Shown here: in pieces, positions 58,078 to 64,000 of the stretch
Numbering within the stretch: position 1 is the first letter of the stretch
Layout: each line of letters begins with the position of its first letter
Assembly: GCF_032191835.1 (NCBI RefSeq)
Contig: NC_083227.1
Coordinates: 27,714,001 to 27,778,000 of the forward strand
Direction: 5' to 3'
Length of the DNA: 64,000 nt
Source: Heteronotia binoei
Lineage: Eukaryota
The notes under the pieces: generated by a model
What the model was told of the DNA's origin: nothing
Seen by the model: only the letters and a program-made list of their open reading frames with translations
Database searches by the model: none
Translations under genes and position numbers: made by a program

Positions 58078-58338
58078 AGAAGAAGAAGATGATATTGGAT
58101 TTATATCCCGCCCTCCACTCCGAAGAGTCTCAGAGCGGCTCACAATCTCTTTTACCTTCCTCCCCCACAACAGACACCCTGTAAGGTGGATGGGGCTGAG
58201 AGAGCTCTGACAAAGGCTGCCCTTTCAAGGACAACCTCTGCCAGAGCTATGGCTGACCCAAGGCCATGCTAGCAGGTGCAAGTGGAGGAGTGGGGAATCA
58301 AACCCGGTTCTCCCAGATAAGAGTCTGCACACTTAACC
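58078..58338 (-). mobile_element. Squam3-like SINE
   Basis: Same consensus. Confidence 0.85.
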
Positions 58339-58654
58339 ACTATACCAAATTGGCTCTCTCTGAAGACTTTGTTGTTTCATTTAGCATTCCCTCAGTGATT
58401 TTTTCCCTTCCCGCCCACTGTTTGTCATTTTACATTTCAGCTCTGGATTTTCAATTTCAATTTCAGACCTTTAATGGCATAGCATAAGATACAGAAAGAC
58501 TGGAATGGACAACATAAATCAGGATTAAACTTAGGTTGAACATAAAATCAAGCATAGCCAGAGTTGTGTTGGAGAATGGCGGCCAAGAATTTTGCTACAG
58601 CACAGGTAACTTTTTAATTAAGAGTCGTTCAGGAAAAATCAGCTGGCAGCCCCA

Positions 58655-59095
58655 AGCTGCAGCACTGCAGGTGAAGTTCTCTGCTCATGACCTGAGTTCG
58701 ATCCTGGTGGAAGCTGGGTTCAGGTAGACAGCTCAAGGTTGACTCAGCCTTCCATCCTTCTGAAGTCGGTAAAATGAGTACCCAGCTTGCTGGGGGAAAA
58801 GTGCAGATGACTGAGCGGCCACAAGTATAGCCACCTTCAAGAGGGGGTTCGATAAAAATATGGAGCCGAGGTCCATCAGTGGCTATTAGCCACAGTGTGT
58901 ATATATGTGTGTGTGTGTGTATATAATTTTTTTGGCCACTGTGTGACACAGAGTGTTGGACTGGATGGGCCACTGGCCTGATCCAACATGGCTTCTCTTA
59001 TGTTCTTAGGAAGGCAATGGCAAACCACCCCATAAAAAGTCTGCCGTGAAAGCATTGTGATGCGACATCACCGCAGAGTCGGAAACAACTGCTGC
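58655..59095 (+). mobile_element. Sauria SINE interrupted by a CR1 3' fragment (~58812-59008)
   Basis: The SINE breaks at gcagatgactg and resumes at ggaaggcaatggcaaacc. The insert ends in the CR1 tail catggcttctcttatgttctta. Confidence 0.8.
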
Positions 59096-59234
59096 TTCCA
59101 CAGCTGTGGTTGCAACTAGTGCTTGCAATTTTCTTTTTTTTTTAAGGAAAAATCGACAAAAAGACAAATCATTCCGATTGACGGTAGGCAGGGAGAATCT
59201 GTGAAACAGTTCCTGACAGGGTTTTTTATGTCAA

Positions 59235-59525
59235 AAGGTGAAGGTAGCCCCCTGCGCAAGCACCAGTCATTTCTGAATCTGGGGTGACGTCGCATCGCAA
59301 CACTTTCATGGCAGACTTTTTACAGGGTGGTTTGCCATTGCCTTCCCCAGTTATCTGCACTTTACCCCCAGCAAGCTGGGTACTCATTTTACTGACCTCG
59401 GAAGGATGGAAGGCTGAGTCAACCTGGAGCCGGCTACCTGAACCCAGCTTCTGCCAGGATCGAACTCAGGTCATGAGCAGAGCTTGGACTGCAGTACTGC
59501 AGCTGACCAGTCTGCACCTCAGGGC
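59235..59525 (-). mobile_element. Sauria SINE
   Basis: Same consensus. Confidence 0.85.
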
Positions 59526-59919
59526 TCTGGTTTTTCCTATAGATGACAATTATTCAATAAGTTGTATCAGGCAGTTTGAAACAGTTTGATAAGTTGTATC
59601 ATGCGGTTGTATCAGGCAATAAGAAAATTGTATCAGGCAGTTTGCAACTCAGAAGCAGAGTCTTTCATGAATAGGGATTTGGAGATATCTCCCCTGCAAA
59701 ACCTTGGAAGGAAACGCATTCCATCTGGCCAACATAAAAGCCCTATCATAGGTAGGGATCCCTAGGTTTTATAAAGCATTTTTCTTCATTTTAATGGTTT
59801 TTAAGATGTGATTGTATTATATACAATTTAATTCAATAGCACCACGGGTAGCTCAATGGAGGCAGAACGATGGGTTATAAAATTATAAGATACATTAAAT
59901 AAATAAATTGTAAAAAAAA

Positions 59920-60195
59920 AAAAGGTAAAGGCAGTCCCCTGTGCAAGCACCAGTTGTTTCCAACTCTGGAGTGACGTTGCTTTCACAACGTTTTCACAGC
60001 AGACTTTTTATGGGGTGGTTTGCCATTGCCTTCCCCAGTCATCTATACTTCCCCCCAGCAAGCTGGGTACTCATTTTACCGACCTCGGAAAGATGGAAGA
60101 CTGAGTCAACCTGGAGCCGGCTACCTGAACCAGCTTCCGCTGGGATCAAACTCAGGTTGTGAGCAGAGGGCTCCAACTGCAGTACTGCAGCTTTA
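59920..60195 (-). mobile_element. Sauria SINE
   Basis: Same consensus with an A-rich/ACCTTT tail. Confidence 0.85.
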
Positions 60196-60351
60196 CCTGT
60201 ACTGTACTGTAGCATGTATTTAATATCCACACAAATTCCTTGATCGTACCGATTTACACTGTTGTCTGCCTTGAGTCTCCATGAGAAAGGCAGGTTTCAA
60301 ATAACAAAGAAGCAATCACGGCAAAAACCCCAGAGCTTCCCCCATCTATCA

Positions 60352-60528
<177 letters not shown>

Positions 60529-61885
60529 TCACAGCTGAGCTCACAGATAATCCACCCGCTCCTGCCCAAAGATGCTTTTGCTCACAAGACAGAAACAAAG
60601 AACACACAAGGTGGCCCTGTACTCGGGGCATTTTTTGCAGAGAAAGCCCAGCAGGAACCCACTTTCATATTAGGCCACACCCCCTGACATCACCATCGTT
60701 TAGCATAGGGCTTTTAAAATAAAAGGCCCAGCAGAAACTCATTTGCATATTAGGCCACACACCCCTTATGTCAAGCCAGCCAGAACTGCATTCCTGCGTG
60801 TTCCTGCTCAAAAAAAGCAGGAACTGAATCAGCCTCTCTTCTATCAAGGACCAGAGACTCAGGTTAGGATTGAACCAGGAGCCTTCTGCATGCCAAGCGG
60901 ACGCTCTACCGCTGAGCAAGGTTCCCTCTAAGCTGCGGAGTCTTGTGAGCAAACATTCCACTTCGTGAGCTACTGGCATTAAATTTGTGAGCTGCTGCAT
61001 CAATCAGTGTGCTCCGGGGCCCTCCTTCCTGAGCGGGCTGAGCTAAGACAAAAATGAGTCAGCCAGAGGCTAAAAAACTATGAGCTAGCTCACATGAACT
61101 CAGCTTAGAAGAAACACTGCTTCCTAGCAATTGTATTAAAACAGAACACGTGAAGATGCCTTCTAATGAGTCAGGCCCTTCTGAGCCCTTGTGAGCACAG
61201 TCACACTCTTTTAAATCCCCTGAGTATTGGTCCACCAAGGTCAGTGTCATCTATTCTAACTATCAGCAGCACTCCATCACCTCAGGGGGAGCTCTTTCAT
61301 GTCACCTCCTACCTGATCCTTTTTCTTAAGTAGAGATGCCAAGGACTGAACCTGGGACCTTCTGCATTGCAAGCAGGTGCTCTACCCCTGAGCCATGGGC
61401 TCTCCTTCTCATCCAGGCCCTTCATTGGAGGTTCTTTACACCCCAAGAGAGAGCTCTACCTCCAAGGAATACTTGTCATGCCACAGAGAAACAAGATCAC
61501 CTGCCTGGGTAATGTATAGGCATCCTCCCTTCTCATTCATGGAAAAACATTGGTGGACCACACAGCCTCCTGAACAGGTTGCTGGGTTTCCTTGCAGTTA
61601 TTAGAAAGCCAAGAAGGGGTGGGGTGTGTGTGGAATTATTTATTTTTTCATTTAAGCATAGAAGGCCCCTTCCGTCTGTGGGGAAATCTAAGGTGGCTAA
61701 CAAAAAGAAAAAGCTTCCAAATCACAAACAGGAAGGGTCCCTTCCAGCCCGGCAGGAGGAAAAGTGAGCCAGAGGTGGAACCAACTGCCAGAGGAAGTGA
61801 GGGCCTTGTGGAACCTTGCCCAGTTCCGCAAAGCCTGCAAGACCACTCTCTTTTGGTTGGCTTTCAATCGACATGGAGCCTATAT

Positions 61886-62000
61886 CAGGGGTGGCCAACG
61901 GTAGCTCTCCAGACTTTTTTTGCCTACATGGCCATGCTGGCTGGGGCTGATGGGAGTTGTAGGCAAAAAACATCTGAAGAGCTACCGTTGGCCACCCCTG
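61886..62000. mobile_element. Palindromic hAT-type MITE
   Basis: TIRs CAGGGGTGGCCAAC and TSD GCCTATAT at 61878-61885 and 62001-62008. Same family as 3061-3196. Confidence 0.88.
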
Positions 62001-62259
62001 GCCTATATCATAGAAAACTGAAGAAATACCATAGCCACTGAAACAGATAACATCAAAGCAATGAGCACCGAACTAATTTTCATTGTTTTAATTATAGAAT
62101 GTGTAATTTTATAACATGTATTGTTTTTAATTGTTTATGGTGATATTGTATCGTGAGCCGCCCTGAGCCTCCTTCGGCGGGGAGGGCAGGCTATAAATCA
62201 AATCAAATAAAAATAAAAGGAGGCACCGAGCTTCTCTTCGCTGGTGACCCATCCCTTAC

Positions 62260-62330
62260 CTGAGTGGGCTGCATCTTCAGTGTTTCCACTCCACCCCAGA
62301 GAGGAGATGTCCTGGAACCTGGCTCTGATG
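62260..62330 (-). CDS. Gene 4 linker/start exon (ATG at 62274)
   Basis: 71 bp, 12 nt shorter at the 5' end than in the paralogs. Acceptor ttcccacag|, donor CAG|gtaagg, open in phase 1. Predicted protein 626 aa from the ATG. The promoter lies beyond the window: 63670-64000 is paralogous to the gene 1 intron at ~7610-7860. Confidence 0.78.
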
Positions 62331-62582
62331 CTGTGGGAAGACACACTGATCTTGATTTATTTACTTCATTTTAGACCCCACCTCAAAGGGGACCAAAGAG
62401 GCTTACTTTATTCTCTCTTCCATTCTATCCTCACAACCACCCTGTGAGGTATGTCAAAGTGAGAACATGCAACTGACCCAAAATCTGCCAGCAACCTTCT
62501 GTGGCTGAGTGAACATTTGAATCTCCCAGATCCTAGTCAGAGACCCTGTGCACGAAACCACACTGGTCCTGATAGCTCGCCT

Positions 62583-63140
62583 TAGAATCATAGAACCATA
62601 GAGTTGGAAGGGACCTCCAGGGTCATCTAATCCAACCCCTTGCACAATGCAGGAAACTCACAAATGCCTCCCCCAAAATTCACAGAATCCTTATTGCTGT
62701 CAGATGGCCATCTAGCCTCTGTTTAAAAACTTCCAAGGAAGGAGAGCCCACCACCTCCCAAGGAAGCCTGTTCCACTGAGGAACCGCTCTAATGGTCAGG
62801 AAGTTCTTCCTAATGTTGAGCTGGAAACTTTTCTGATTTAATTTCAGCCCATTGTTCTACGTTCTATGGTCCTATGTTCTGGGGCCACAGAGAACACTTC
62901 CACCCCATCCTCTATATGACAGCCCTTCAAGTACTAAGAAGATGGTGATCGTATCACCACCTCTCAGCCACCTCCTCTCCAGGCTAAACATCTCCAGCTC
63001 CTTCAACCTTTCTTCATAGGACCTGGCCTTCAGATCCCTCACCGTCGCCCTCCTCTGGACCTGTTCCAGCTTGTCTATATCCTTCTTAAAATGTGGTGCA
63101 CAAAATTGAACACGATACTCCAGGTGAGGTCTTTCCAGAG
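62583..63140 (-). mobile_element. CR1 3' fragment
   Basis: agaatcatagaaccatagagttggaagg tail followed by the reverse strand of the CR1 ORF2 end. Confidence 0.88.
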
Positions 63141-63284
63141 CAGAGAAGAGCCTTGTTTTAAATGAGGAGATATGTCCACCCTCCCAGCCTGTGCTACCTG
63201 TCTCCCCAATGGGGACATGTAGAGGAGATGAAGAAGATGGAAGAGGAGACTGAGGAGGAGATGGAAATTGAGGAGGAGGAAATG

Positions 63285-63562
63285 AAGATGATGATACTGG
63301 ATTTACAGCCTGCCCTATACTCTAAATTTCAAGAGTCTCAGAGCAACTTACAGTGTCCTCTACTTTCCCCCCTCCAACAACAGACACCCTGTGAGGTGGG
63401 TGGGGCTGAGAGGATTCTCACAGGAGCTGCCCTTTCAAGGACAATCTCTGTGAGAGCTATGGCTGAGCCAAGGCCATTCCAGCAGGTGCAAATGGAGAAG
63501 TGGGGAATCAAACCCGGTTCTCCCAGATAAGAGTCCGCACACTTAACCACTACACCAAACTG
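63285..63562 (-). mobile_element. Squam3-like SINE with expanded purine-rich tail
   Basis: Same consensus. The tail merges into a (GAG/GAA/GAT) repeat at ~63222-63295. Confidence 0.85.
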
Positions 63563-64000
63563 ATGGATCTTTGCTCCATATGTTTATCCAATCCCCTCTT
63601 GAAGCTGGCTATGCTTGTAGCTGCCACCACCTCCCTGTGGCCAGGGTGACTCTGTAGAAATTGACTGGTTTTGACTACACGCAGAACAATATTATGTTAT
63701 TATTCACAGCTGCATTATTTTGTCTTACTAAGCCTATTTGCTTTCAATGACAGAAGATTCAGGTGGGGTTGCTGTTGCCGTGTTGGTCTGAAGCAGCAGA
63801 ATAAAATTAGAGCCCAGTGGCACCTTGAAGAGATCAACAAAGTTCTGCTCAAGGTATGAGCTTCCGTTTACACACACACTTTCTCAGATACTTTGCAATT
63901 TGAGGTGACCTCTGAAACTTTAAGAATCATGTTTGGAATCCACCTTTGGGTCTCAGTGAGAAAGGCAAGAGTTGAAATGGAAATAACAAATAAATACAAC

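Noticed and set aside
63162-63530. 122-aa ORF with an acidic [13 protein letters not shown] stretch
   Set aside because: Formed by the expanded trinucleotide tail and antisense body of a Squam3-like SINE.

Overview
Vertebrate (squamate, most likely gecko) genomic DNA with a tandem cluster of four paralogous KRAB-C2H2 zinc-finger genes, all on the minus strand. I call them genes 1-4 from left to right; their zinc-finger exon acceptors are at 1981, 24546, 43614 and 57397. Each gene has an ATG/linker exon, a 127-bp KRAB-A exon spliced directly in phase 1 to a large zinc-finger exon (13, 9, 10 and 16 intact fingers), and, for genes 1-3, a non-coding first exon beside an ACTACAnnTCCCAG promoter motif. 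The introns and spacers are paralogous and packed with Squam3-like and Sauria SINEs, CR1 and L1 fragments, hAT-type MITEs with 8-bp target-site duplications (TSDs), and Penelope-like fragments. There is also a young Gmr1-like Gypsy LTR element with near-identical LTRs, a GTATC TSD, a tRNA-Leu primer-binding site and one 765-aa deletion-derivative ORF. Highlights: (i) retrotransposons supply the stop codons of genes 1 and 4, and in gene 1 a probable L1 ORF1 lies in frame one TAA downstream; (ii) three LINE insertions hit the same ~15-bp spot in three paralogs; (iii) genes 2 and 3 share a truncating stop with five fossil fingers behind it; (iv) the four zinc-finger exons form a 2x2 mosaic of N- and C-terminal types; (v) a phase-1 donor in the LTR gag could splice in frame to gene 2 to give Gag-KRAB-ZNF. 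All alignments were done by eye and no database searches were run; TE family names come from recalled consensus features.
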